DNA of 64,000 nt, from positions 9,300,001 to 9,364,000 of the forward strand of contig OU015568.1 in NCBI GenBank assembly GCA_907165135.1. The letters run 5' to 3'. This document shows, one piece after another, positions 39,567-52,156 of the stretch. Source of the DNA: Oikopleura dioica (taxonomy: Eukaryota; Animalia; Chordata). Under the pieces are notes generated by a model. That model was not told the origin of the DNA. It was given only the letters and a program-made list of their open reading frames with translations, and did no database searches. Position 1 is the first letter of the stretch; every line of letters starts with the position of its first letter. The translations under genes and the position numbers were made by a program.

Positions 39567-42500
39567 ATGCCGTGGAACGTACCCCAGGGGTACTCCATCG
39601 ACGATCTTCTGGAGGAGCTCAATGTCGACATCATCACGATTCCAGAAGTTCCGACAAAATTGAATATCGTCAATCAGAAAATTCGGAAAATAGGATTGAC
39701 ACCTATGGTTGAGGAGGAGACCTTCGGGGTTTTGATGTCTGCGATCTTTCATTATCAAAAGTTGAAAGATGATGTTACCGGTGACCTGTGGGATGTTATT
39801 GATAGAGGTTACAGGTAAGGGAGAACTTTTGTTGCTCTCGCCGTAGTCAGCTTTTCTTTCAGAGATAACAGAGAAAGGCCTGATCAGGATACACTCATGA
39901 AATCTCTATTTCTGTCCTGCCAGCTGATGGACCAAACGACCAAAAAATCCTCCACAAAAGTCAAAGACACTCTGATAGAGCTCTTTATCAAGCGATGGAT
40001 CAAGCAGCTCGAAATCATTGGCAGAAGAGAGATCCACTCGCCCGAGGCTGCCTCGATGATCATGGGCGTCTGTTGGCAAGTTCTTGGCTCTTGCAAGAAG
40101 AATAAGTCGGTGCAGAAAGATATTACAGAAATTATTTCGAAGGTAGTGGTAGTAAAAGAGCTTATTGTTAATGTTTTAGGTTATCAAAACTGTGGGATCG
40201 CAAGAAGTAGCGATTAACATCGTGAAATTCATCCAGAAAGACGAGTCCTTGGCGGAATTCTTCGCTGAGCGTGTTGTCACGTGGATAACTGACTGTGAGG
40301 CGAGAGGATTGGTTAACTCTATTCTGTGCGAAATCAACGAGGTGAAAGATGTCAAGGCGCAAAAAGGTCTTGTCGACTTTATGGGCTCTTTGGCAAAGAA
40401 GAGGCCACAAGATTTTATCAGACATTTTAGTATGACCGTGCAGCTGATCGGTAAGTTAACAAAACTGTTGATCGTCGTTTTATGAGAGTTTTCTAGCTGA
40501 GTCTGATAACAAGTACTGGATCAGAGAGGCGTGCTTGAACATCATGTCGGAAATTTACATGTTCAAAGTGCGAGAAGAAGATAAAGAGCGCGACAACGCA
40601 TTTGAGGCGGACGATGTAGGGCGGGAAATGAACCAAAGCGCGCTTGCTGACAGCGATAATGAGGAAGAAAGCGCGGATTTGGACCCGAAGCAGCGCTCGT
40701 TTATGATCTTGACCGAGCACATCCACGATCGAAACGCGTACACCAGATCGTTTGCGATGAAGATATTCGAAAAGATGATTCAAAAAGTGCCACTGCCTCA
40801 CATTGGCGAGTACCAGGAAAAGATCGTTGGGCGATTTGATGATAATACATCGACGGTGAGAAAGAGCGCGATGAATGCGTTTATTGCGATCATCAACAAC
40901 AACCGACTTCTGGATCAGTTGAAGCATCCGGCAGAGTTGAGAAAGCAAGTTGATGAATGCGAGGATCCAGAGGTCAAGAAAGCACTAGTCATGCTCCTCC
41001 GAGATTGTGAGAAGCTCTTAGATCTGGTCAAGAAAGGGTCGGAGATTGTTCTTAATAACTTGCTTCACTCAAACTTGACGACAGACGTGATCGAAGCCAT
41101 AAACTGGTTCTACCAAATCACGACGATTGGCATTGATGAAGCGACGTTGGACGGATTCCGGCAAATGGCCACGCATGTATGGAACAAAGAAGAGAAAATC
41201 CGCGAAAAAGTCTTGTGCTGCTACAAAGATGTCTACTTCAACGATAAGATGGATCCAAAACGAACGGCTTTCGGACTCATATACTTAGTGGCAGAGAGTT
41301 CTAACGCTGAAGCCTTTTCGATTGGGAAGATGGTCCAGTCCATTAAGATTCCGAAAGAGGCGAAAAAGCTTATTTGGAAGTACGCGCTAGGAAGAGCTGA
41401 TCAAAAATTGCCCCCGCATCTTCAAGGTTTGTTTTCTCCTTTATAATAAGCTGAAATCATAGAAGAGCGTGATTTTACCGTAATTTAGCGGCTGCGATGG
41501 CGATTATTTGCATGACAAGCAAGAGCGAACCGGAAGTCCTCACAGAAGGAAATATCGATGCCTTTGTCTACATGATCCGGGACCCTGATTGCCCTCCCCT
41601 CGTTCTTACCGAAGTCTTTGGAGTCCTCACGAATCTAAGACAAGATGCAAAGAAGCCAATGCCAGATGGAGCGTTTGACACCGACCATGATATTTTCGAA
41701 GCGACAATCAACCGAATTTACGAGTTGTTGAAGAAAAACTGTGGCCCAGAAATGAACAACATGGTCCTCGCCGCTATCAAACTCATTTACTATCTAAGGA
41801 AAGGCTAATCCCTACGTTTTAGAAGAATAACTGAAAAGGATAAGGAAAAAGCCATGAAAAGCGCAAATCCGTCGCAGCAAGTATCTGATATCGTCAGTGC
41901 TTCCTTCAAAATGGCTATTTCCAGACTCAAAAAGGCAAAAGAAAGACAAGGTAAAATCTCTGCGAAGATGTTGAATTTGAGGAAAATAAATTGTAATTCA
42001 GACAATGAGTACACTGCAGAAAAAGCGCTACCATCAGTTGCTCTTGCGCTCAACGCAGCTGGTCATCATGCCTTGAACCTGGCTATTTGGGCTGAATGTA
42101 CTGTTGTTCCCAAACTTACAGAAAAGGTTATTGAAGGGGAGGTATTGAGGTAATATTTTTCTTTAGACCAAAAAGAAGAAGGGCGACAAGACGCCAAAGG
42201 ATGATGATGACCTTGAGGATATGTTCGGAAACATCGACGACGCTGCATATGAAGAGGAGAATATTATCAGAGTTTTAAACTATGAGCTGAATAGGTAATA
42301 GACCCGATTCATTTTGAGCTGATTATGATTTCTAGGGGCCCTTTCAAAGCAATCACGGCTTTCGCAAAGTCAATCCTTGTCCAAGCCGGGCAATGGCCCT
42401 CGAATGTCCAGTGCGCCGCGATCAACTGCTTGATGAAATTCATGGCGGCTTCTGCTGACCATGCTGAGAACCACTCGCGCTTGATCTTCACGATTTTGCA

Positions 42501-43479
42501 GAAAGCAGAAAATGTTTCGGTTGAGCAGACGATTTTGAGTGCCTTCCCTGATTTGCTTGTGAGACACCCGAATATCATGGATACATGGGTCGGCGATGTC
42601 TTCGATAAACTCGAGGATCATGATGATCAAGTTCGAGCTTCGACGCTGACGATGATTTCAGATTTGATCGTCAAAGATCTGGTCAAGGTTTGAAGCTCAA
42701 AACTTGTTTTGGAAATAATGGGTTTTCTAGCCACGAGGACGCCTGTATCAAGTAGCGCGACTAGTCCTCGATCAGAATCCAATCATCAAGCGAGATGCAA
42801 AAACCTTCTTCGTTGAGTTTAGCTCCCACGGAACGAAACTCATCAACAACTTGCCAGATATTCTTGCGAAGCTCCACGAGCTTCAAATTGTCACTGACGA
42901 TTTCAAGGAAATCACGACCTTCTTGTTCGATCAGCTTTCTGGCAAAGAAAAGCAGACTGAGCAGCTCGTCGAGAAATTATGCTCACGTTTCCGAGAACAA
43001 GACGCTGAAGATACATGGAAACAAGTAGCGCTGACAATCTCGGTCATGCCGGTCAACGAGCGCATGATCAAAAAACTCAGCGAATGCGCCTTCATGTTCC
43101 AGGACAAAGTATCGGACCTGGAGATTCGCGACAATCTGCACGAGGTCTGCAACAAAGCAAGAGAAAACACGAAGCTGATGCAAAAACTCACTTCGGAAGT
43201 GGACGAGCTGGAGCAGGTCATTCTCGGCGATAAGACCTTACCCGTTCCACAAACGCCGATGAAGAAATCTCAACGAGGAAAACAGTCTCAACAGGTGCCA
43301 GGATCGGCGAGGAAGGGAAAAGTTGCGAAAAAGACTCGAAATGCGGACATTTGGTCCTCCGATGAAGACGACGGCGCGGGTATCTGAAAATCGTTAAAAA
43401 CTTATTTGAATTAAAATTTTTAGCATCTCCGGAAGAAGAAGTAGTACCAAAGCGATCCAGTCGATCTCGAGCTCGCTGA
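39567..43479 (+). CDS. NCAPD2: Condensin I HEAT subunit CAP-D2
   Basis: IHDRNAYTRS, RFDDNTSTVRKSAM, AAINCLMKFM...RLIFTILQK, DLLVRHPNIMDTW, LIVKDLVKPRG. Confidence 0.85.
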
Positions 43480-43682
43480 GCTTGATTCACATTTTCACAG
43501 ACACAGAAATATACTCATTTTCACTTTTCACATTCCCCCTTACTCCACATGTACTGACAGTTCATTATCCACTGCCGATGGAAAAGAAATAAAAACCACT
43601 CTGAAAATCAATTTCGAATTTGAAAAGTTACTAGAATCAGAAGCTTTTCTCATTTGTTTTTGTTGTTTGCATTCTAAAGAGG

Positions 43683-44025
43683 ATGAAAAAGTGGAAACAG
43701 TACCTTATTTTGTTCGTTGTTGCTACCGCAGTTATTTGGTTTCTTTACGTGAGTGCTTTTTTGACGTTTTAATTTCGAACACCTTTATTAGAAATATGTA
43801 CAAAGAAAACTTTTCAAACGCAAACTGAAAAAGAAACTAAACGATGATCACATTCCAAGTCCCCCAGCAACATCGAAGTACGCTAAAGCCAAAAAGAACT
43901 ACGGTGCTGATAACAATTTGATAACCGAAAAGAAGAATGGATATGTTTATGTCACAGAAGTCGACAATTCCGGGAAGAAGCTCTGGAAGTTCAAATACAA
44001 GCCTCCAAATTTCCAAGGGAAATGA
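43683..44025 (+). CDS. 99-aa single-pass membrane microprotein, 2 exons
   Basis: Exon 1 (43683-43748) MKKWKQYLILFVVATAVIWFLY; 43-nt GTGAGT..AG intron (43749-43791); exon 2 is open in frame for 77 aa to TGA. Confidence 0.7.
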
Positions 44026-44355
44026 TGCTTACACAATTCGCTGCCTGAATACTCGAATAAATCCATATTCTATATTTTAGAATTTCACTTTGTTGCTTGA
44101 CCCCCATCTTCAGTTTCCATCAACCGCAAACTATAGCCTACAATAAGCCCAGAAATGAGCCATTCAACATGGGTATCGAACATATCTATCTGTCGATCAG
44201 AGCCGTTTTTCAATTTATCAATTCCGTTTGACTTCATTCGCTCTGACTCCCCTCCGAAATGAGTTTTTAACGTTAATTGCTACCAATCCGTTTTCTTGCT
44301 AATTTTCGTCGTTCACCTTGAGGAAAGACGAAAACAGCAGATTTTCTAAAGAAGG

Positions 44356-46738
44356 ATGAGCTCCAGAAAATCGCATTTGTGGAATCATAAAAGACTCGAC
44401 GATGAGTGCTATTTAGATGGCAGCACAAGGTAAAAATAATAAATACAGGAATGTCAGAGAAAGAGATCGTAATAACATGGTGAGTTTTCCCAGCTCGACC
44501 GAGAAGATGATCAGAGAAAACAACGAAAAACGGAGGTCACACGAGGTAAAAGCATCGAAAGCACTAGAATTTAAACAATCTCAGTTTGACGATGTGTACA
44601 CTGGTTTCCAAAAGTTTGCCGAGGTTGTTGGTCCACAAGGACTGCGGTAATCAGCGTTAGAAATCATGGGAGAGCAATAATTTTAGATATATTGTCAACA
44701 AAGAAATCCACCAATATCGCCGGATAATTTGGGCTATCGCGTTTCTTGGTGGAATTTCATTCTCTGTCAATATGATTTACAAAAACACCATACGTTTTTA
44801 CAATTATCCAACTATGATCAAGCCGGTTGAAGGAGTCAGAGCTGAATTTCCCAAAGTAAGGTCAGTCAAGCTTCGGGATTTTTTCGTTTTTAGGTCACTA
44901 TTTGTCTCAACTCTATGCACTCTCATGAATCGCTTGAACGGACCTATCCTGGTTTAGGTACTCTCGGATTAATTTATTTGTAAATAACGAATAACGACCA
45001 GCTGAGATTCTTCCAATTTACTACGGCCAAGCTGATCCTTCCGAAGAAATCTACAAACGAATCAACATGTCATATTTGGATTCACTCGATATGCTCGATG
45101 TCATGACTGATACAATCCCTTCATATTACATTCAGGTTAACCCGGACAGCAATAATGATTTCTAAGGGCTCAAAAAGGCCTGCATGTTTCAGAAAAGAGA
45201 CTGCATAAATGATTGGAGATTAGCGTTAACGATGTATGGATATTGTCTTCAGCTTAATCCCGCAACGACGGAAAGAGAAAGTATACTTATGAATAGGTAA
45301 ACGGTCTTTGTAAATGACTGTTCTCATAAATTCACTAGTACTGATGACAACAATAACGGAGGTCGAACTGCGTCCCTTTCACTTGTCGTTTCCTTCAACA
45401 AGGTAGATTTTTAGTTGCTGAGTAAGTTGTTAGCTCATTTTTAGTCCGACTGGTCAAATATTGGATGGGCCAATTATCTGGAAGGCTTCACACTGTACTA
45501 CAGTGCAGCAGATGATGAAGCGCTTGAACCTGCCAAGTCAATCCTTCTTACAGATGTCACCAGAGGAGTGCCAATCGTTTCACTTAGACAGGTTCCAGAA
45601 TGATTTTTTAAAGTAAAATGTCGGCTTTTCGGCTTTTGATTTTTCCATATGTTTACTTATTGGAATCTTTGGGAAGACAACGACTAACGAAGCGTCTTGG
45701 GTATCCGTATTCTGAGTGCAACACTGCAGATTTCAGCATGACGCATTACCGGTTAATATGTAAACGGGGAAAAATTCTATATATTTTTAGAAATTACACA
45801 AGAAATCAATGCTTGTTCGAATGCTTGATGGAAGATGTACATAAACAATGCGATTGTAGCGCTCCGTATTTCAAGCCTGGCTTTCGAGTCAATAAATGCT
45901 TTGAAATCGTGAAATATTCAATTTGAAAAGCCTTTATTACAGGAAAACCTGAAGACAAACATGAAAACAAAGAAACTATGCAGTTTCACCACGCATGCCG
46001 TCTGTGTTGCGCCAATTTTGGAAAACTTTAACTACGGAACATGTAAATGCCCACCGCGGTGCAATCACCTGGACACGCATCATGAAGCTGTTCAATATGG
46101 CGTGCGTTTTAAAGACACGGAAATGCCTTTTACAGTATAACTTATACTGTATAAGTTATACTCTGATTTATCAAAAGCGCGAGTAAAGTCAATATTTTTC
46201 GCCAAACGACTGGCGAAAAGTTGCAAAAGAAACACCGATGGTAATGGCTTCTATGATGCTGTATCTTGACAGAGTTACTGAAGTCGATGAAGAAGTAGCC
46301 GAGTACTCTCAGTTACGGTTTCATAATTTTGAGGCTTTAACTTGAGGTTCAATTAAAAAAACTGGGCAAAAGAATCAGCTGTTTAGCGATATCGGTGGAG
46401 CAGCGGGACTGATGTTGGGAATGTCGTTTGCCACCGTTGTTGGTATTATTGACTGGTTGCTATCATCGTGTCTTTATATGCTGTTATCACCTTCAACTTG
46501 GAGTTGGTCAAACAGATCCAGTAAAGAGGAAACAAAATTTCACAAAGGAATTCAACACGGAGAAGTTGCAATTGTTCATAATGTAATTTCCGGCTAAGAT
46601 TTTCGTTGATATTTTTTTTAGGATCTTTACTCCGTTTACAATGAGTTAGAGAAGCAGAGAGCTCCAAACGGCGAGAGAATCAAGACTTCAGAATCTTTCA
46701 CGCAAATTGATCCCTCAGTTCTCGCAAATATCTGTTAA
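44356..46738 (+). CDS. DEG/ENaC/ASIC-family ion channel
   Basis: FAEVVGPQGL before TM1 (RIIWAIAFL), FPKVTICLN, YGYCLQLN, NYTRNQCLFEC...CDC and TM2 FSDIGGAAGLMLGMSF. Confidence 0.9.
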
Positions 46739-46872
46739 AAGCTACTTAATAAAAAGTCAGAATGTATTTTTTTTTTTCGTTGATTTATTCACAAATAGGT
46801 ATTATGACAAAATAACAGGGCTCAAAAATGTTCACAGTAATTTTAATATCCGCTTAGATGAGATGCCATGAT

Positions 46873-49304
46873 TTAACATGTTGGCTCCGTGACAGGGCAA
46901 ACACCAACCATGCAGACGTACAAGGAGCAGTGCATTTCCATAGACTGGACTTCAGAGTTGCCAGAGAACTGGAAAGCAGTGTAGGAAAGCTGGAACTGGT
47001 CGATGTTCTCGAAAGACTGGCTGATGGCGTTATTGTTGACAACGGGATTGGGGCAGCCGTCTTCATAAACGTAGAAGGTGTTGTTAGTACCGTCAGTGAC
47101 AAAGCAATCGTCAACGATGAAGGTGAGGTCTTCGACGGGGATGGATGGAGAGAGGCCGAAGAAGACAGCTTCGCCGACCATCTAAATATCTGTGAATTTA
47201 TGGTCCTCTTTGAAGTTTTACCTGTTCATCCTCGGCTCCAGCTTCAGAGTCAAAGCTATCATCAGAGAAGAATGCCGCTTCGAACTGGAAGGTACCAGTT
47301 CCAGTTGTACCAACATCCTGGGTTGCATCGGAATTGGTGTAGTTGGATGATGAAACATCGTTTACGTAAGAAGAGAATCGACACTAACCCGGATATCCCA
47401 ATACTAAATCCTTAAAATAAATCAAGAATTGAGATCACCCGTTCCTGAACGTCGATATTAACGTTAGTATTCATCACGATGCCGTGGTTGTTTGTTCTGC
47501 TCTTGACGCCGATCGTGTTGTCAAAAATAATTTCGTCTCCATCGACGCTGAGGGCGGTTCCACATTCGTCGAGGCCAGTGGAAATGGCAAAGGCATCAGT
47601 TCCAAATGCGTTAGATTCGCATGCATTGTCATTGAAGGACAAAACGATATCATCAGAGACGTCGCTGGAGTAGATGCATCGATCGAGCTCAAGGCTCATC
47701 GCCGATTGCTCGCAAGAGATGTGGATTTTCTCTGGATTAGGAGTACACTCGGCTTGATCGTCTCGGAGGACCCAGCAAGAGGGACATTCGCAGACGTTGA
47801 GATCTTGATTGCAAAAGTGGGAGCAGCCACCGTTGTTGCCGTCGTCGCAGTCGAGTGTAGGTGGTGGTTCTGTTGGGTTGAGTGGATCTTCGTTGGTTGG
47901 CAATTCAGTGATAAGGATTGGTTGACAACTGCCGTCCTCAGCAAGTTCTGCACCTTCTTCGCATACTAAAGCGCCATCTGAGCTGAAGGTTCCAGTAACA
48001 TCACCAGAATCAGCAAGTTGTGAGACAGTGGTCTCAACATCGCCTGTTTCTTCGAGGATAGCGTCAGGGTCAACGTTGGGAACAATGGTCGCGGTCTCCT
48101 CTTGAATTTCCCCAGCAATATCGTTGATAACATTGTCGAGTTCTTCAAAGCTTTCCTCGAATTCACTTGGAGCTTGGACTTGTCGACGCTTTCGACTTGC
48201 CGTGATTGTTGATGTTGTGGAATCATAAACTCGACCCCATCGCGAGTTTCCGTTGTATTTGAAACCGACCCAAACGTAACCAGGTCCATAATTAAAGCGG
48301 TCAGCGTAACTTGGCTCCCCTACAAAGTACTCGAACTCGTATGAATATGATGAGGCATATGTCACGCCGTTCCAACTCGAAGTGTAACTTCGAACTCCGC
48401 TGCGAACTCCGCCTGGATTTTGGGCGTTGAGTTGGTCTACGTAGTCTTGTTGCGAAAGGCTAGTTCGGAAGAGGCAGTAGAATGTGCCCTCATAGGAGTA
48501 GTTCCACACGTGAGTGTTTGGGCAGTAGTCGTCCCAGCGACCGGTAGTGAGGGCACCGACAGAGGCACCGTCAAAATTCAAGGAGTTTGAGGAGAGAAGG
48601 CATCCATTGTCATCTTCAGAGAATCCGAAGCAGCCAGCTGTGGCGACACATTGTTGAGCGCAAGACATTGAGGTAATGTTGGTGATGGAGGGGTTGGGAT
48701 CAATGATGAAATTGCTGCTTACAGTTCCTCCAATTTCCGCGACATTGTACTGGACTAGTCCGAAGAGGGATTGACCAAGATCTACACAATCTGGTTGTGG
48801 AACAAGGTCCTCATAGCACGCGTACTGGAAGGTGATCGACATCGTGTCGTTTCCCCAATTGTTTCCTTCGTTGATGAAGTAGATTGAATTTCCAAAGGAA
48901 TTCCATTGGAAAAGATTGCTGATGTTGTCCGAACAATAGGTTGAGTCCACGATGATGGTATTGTCACAGTGACCGGTGTCGTTGTTTCTTTCCCCGAGTC
49001 CCCAGTTGATCTCTGTAGCGGCGACGACAGGATAAGTATCGCAACCCATCATTTGCTCGAGAATGCACTCGCCGGAGTACAAGCCGCTCTCGATCGTAAA
49101 AGTTCCATCTCCGTGGTTGAAAAAGTCACCGATGTATTCTCCATCTCCGGATCCTTCAGAGGTGGAGTTGTTGACCGTCCAGCACGAAAACTCAAAATCC
49201 GCGGATGCCTAAAATACCCCCAGTTATTTTCTCTGTTTTTCGACGTTTCTCTTGATAAAAATCACACTTGCCTTGGCAACCAACAGCCCAACAAGAAGCT
49301 TCAT
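46873..49304 (-). CDS. Secreted PAN/apple + EGF + zona pellucida (ZP) domain protein
   Basis: Signal peptide MKLLVGLLVAKA; CAQQCVATAGCFGF...CLL (PAN-like); RKRR; EGF CDDGNNGGCSHFC...CECPSCW; ZP-N ISCEQSAMSLEL; ZP-C ...MHCSLYVC...TC*. Confidence 0.85.
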
Positions 49305-50087
49305 GCTCAGATTATTTCTGAGTCTGAATTCTGCCAAAATTCATGCGTCGCGAATCTTTTATAGGACGTGCTTGTTTTCATTTCTAAATTTTCGCGACTT
49401 CATTTCGATGCTCTCGCGCAACTTCGTGGAATAATAAGCGTCGATGATGGCCGCTTCACTGTTCTATGACACAGGAAAAATATATTTAGTCGCGGAAGAA
49501 TTTCCGAGATTTGGTGATCTTTCAGTTTTTGTCTATTTTGTTTATACCGGACGTTCATTTCGGAGAGCCGATGTTTGTTGCTTCGAGAAAGAGATTAGCA
49601 GAGTCTGCCTTTCTTGAGAGAAAACATGTCTTGGCGGCAAAAATCGTTCTCATCCGCTCTCGGGAATCCTTCCATGCACTTTTTGAAATAGAAAAATCTT
49701 TTTCAAGATTTCAAATTCCAAAAACTTTCAAAAGAAGAATTTTTAATTCCCAAAATTTATGTTAGAATATCTCCTTAATGCACCCGTAACACAGACGCCC
49801 TAAAACACGTCCCTAAACGAACCCGTGAAAATTCCAGTTTGAAGGATGAGCGCAAGACAATTATGAAAATAAAGTGTTAGAAAGAGCTGATTATTTCATA
49901 AACCCCGTTACGGCTCGGAAAAATTAACACGATTTGGCCGAACGACGTCTAATTTTTTACAGAAAAAAATGCAACTCAAACATTTTTGGCTGAAGTGGAC
50001 ATTGAAGCGGAATAAAGTCATCAGTATTTTATTCTTGTATCATGATTCTTCAAATTTTTGAAAGATTTTTCAAAAAAAGAGATATAT

Positions 50088-51619
50088 TTACAGTGAAGCA
50101 ACAAGCTCAGTAACATAAGTCGCGGGAAAAACTCCTCTTTTTCCATTGCACTTTCCCTGCAGCCAGTCTGAGCCAAGTGAAGAGGGTTTCACATCGTTGA
50201 TGACATCTCCTTCTTTGAACTGCAAGTCACCTTCTTGGTCGCCTTTATAGTCCCAGAGAGCCATCATCTGTCGTGTCTGTGTTTGAGTTGGACGAGGAGG
50301 TTTTTGTTTTGGTTGGCTTGGGGAAGATGTGGGTCGAGATGAAGGGTGTACGACGCCTGGGGGACTTTGACGGGGAGCTTCGGGAGTTGCTTGGCCAGAA
50401 ACTAGCCATTGGAGCTAACACTTTGATAAAAAAAAAAAGCGGAAAAGAACCTTCACTACCTGTTTGCTCAATTCATCAGCCTGCTTCTCCAGCTCAGCAT
50501 TTCGATTGACCACTTTTTTATTATAAGTTGTTAGATTTTCATTCATATCACGTAGCAGCATCATGGAAGATTCCATTTCGCTGACCTTTTTATTCAGCCG
50601 CTCGATTTCCTGTTGCAGGATTTTTTCTTTCGAAGGACTGTTGTTTTGTTTTTGGGCTTCCTGAGTGAATGTATTTGAACTTTCTCGAGCCGGAGATGGT
50701 CCAGATGGCGGTGGAGGTCGCGGTGGAGCGCTCCCGCCAAAGCCCCTGAATATTAGAGCTGTTAATTTTGACTCGTAAACGACAAATGTACCTGGGCATA
50801 GTCTGTGATCTCGCTGCACGAGGTGGCACTCCATTTGTTTGTGCTGGCGGAACATCTGCCGTCTGAAAATTCCCCGAGATAAATGGATCAGGCGGCAAGA
50901 ACCCCTCCGAGCTCGCTGATGACTGTGCATCATCGTCTTGCTATTTGATGGGTTCTCAGTTAATGGTCTACAAATACCGCCACTCGTGATTGTACGATTA
51001 CGTCTGTTATTGAGAACCGCATTCCTGAGGGTTTTCCTTGGAGGCGAGATGCATTTCGTAGCGCAGACGGAACATGGAATGTAAAAGGGCATCTTTGGCG
51101 GCATTTAGAAGCGCGAAGTCTTCATGAGCGGTCGGAGAATTATTCCGGTCTAGGAAATTCGGGTTGTCTTTCTTGAAGGTTGAGGAAAAGTGCGCCCCGA
51201 AAGGCGCGTGAAAACTTGCTACCCGAGTGTCTGCCGCCCAGAAAACCGCCGCCTCGGTCCGTTTGGGACCTCAGTTTTTTTGCTTTTTTATAGGGTGAGC
51301 AACGGTCAAGTGACAACGACTCTAGAATCCTAGTTAGAACGGGGCAATCTGGGAGGCATACGGCTAGCCTTGCTCGACGAATGCCGCACACTCGGGATTT
51401 GGAAACTAGAGTTTGCAATGGGCTGGTGGATGAGATTAAAAATAAAACTCCATTCGGTCAGAAATTTAGTTGTTTTATGGGTTCCGATTTACCTGGGTGA
51501 ATTCTCCGGGCTTTCTTTCTGTACGCTTTTGTGATCTCATCATCTGTAGCTTTTCTGTCGACGCCAAGAATGCCAAACAGATCTTTCTCTAGCAGCTCGT
51601 CATCAGTAAGACCTCCCAT
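50088..51619 (-). CDS. Predicted 338-aa J-domain / proline-rich / coiled-coil / SH3 protein, 5 exons
   Basis: Exons 51619-51493, 51149-51018, 50936-50792, 50745-50460 and 50414-50088 join in frame through GT-AG introns. J domain DLFGILGV..EITKAYRKKARRIHPD; SH3 ALWDYKGDQEGDLQFKEGD..WLQG..GVFPATYV. Confidence 0.75.
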
Positions 51620-52156
51620 TGTGGACTTCTTTCATTCAGCTTTCCTGTCTTTTTCTTTCTTTTGTGAGCTTTTTGCCTCTTCAAAAGGAGGAAATATTTT
51701 TTTCTTGTTTGAGACGCTGGAGCTTCACGTTACTTAAAAAATAGATTTTTACGATTGCGTCATCTGCGCGAGAATGGTGATCATTTACTAGCCCACCAAA
51801 GCACACACACAGAACCAGTTTTTCAGACACAGGAATTACCCTTTGTTTTTGTACCTTTTTGTTGTTGAAGAGGATTTTTTTCTCGCTTTTCTCGCGTTAG
51901 TTCACTGGCTAAGGAGTGAGCACGTCAATTAGCCATTCAACCCAAACACACTCTAGCGGTGCTAGGGTGGGAAACACTTGATAAAACGCCTCATCAAAAC
52001 AAATATTTCCTTTAGGATGGATTTATGACAGTTTATATCAAATACTGCTGCCATGAATCTTGGAGAAAATGGCCTTCTTTGGTGCTTCAAGCTTGAAGCT
52101 AGCATATTTTTTTCATAAGTAATGAATTAAGTCATTTACGGTGTGTCAGTGCTTGT

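Noticed and set aside
46858-47969. Long plus-strand ORFs opposite the ZP gene
   Set aside because: Antisense shadows of the minus-strand coding exons.
50415-51104. 229-aa minus-strand ORF taken as a single protein
   Set aside because: Only its last part (from GFGGSAPP) is in the coding frame; the rest reads through introns and off-frame exons.
51150-51492. Short inverted match (CCCGAGTGT/ACACTCGGG) and small hairpin in the 343-nt J-SH3 intron, as a possible snoRNA or MITE
   Set aside because: The match is short, with no clear C/D or H/ACA boxes and no target duplication; an Infernal/Rfam scan would be needed.
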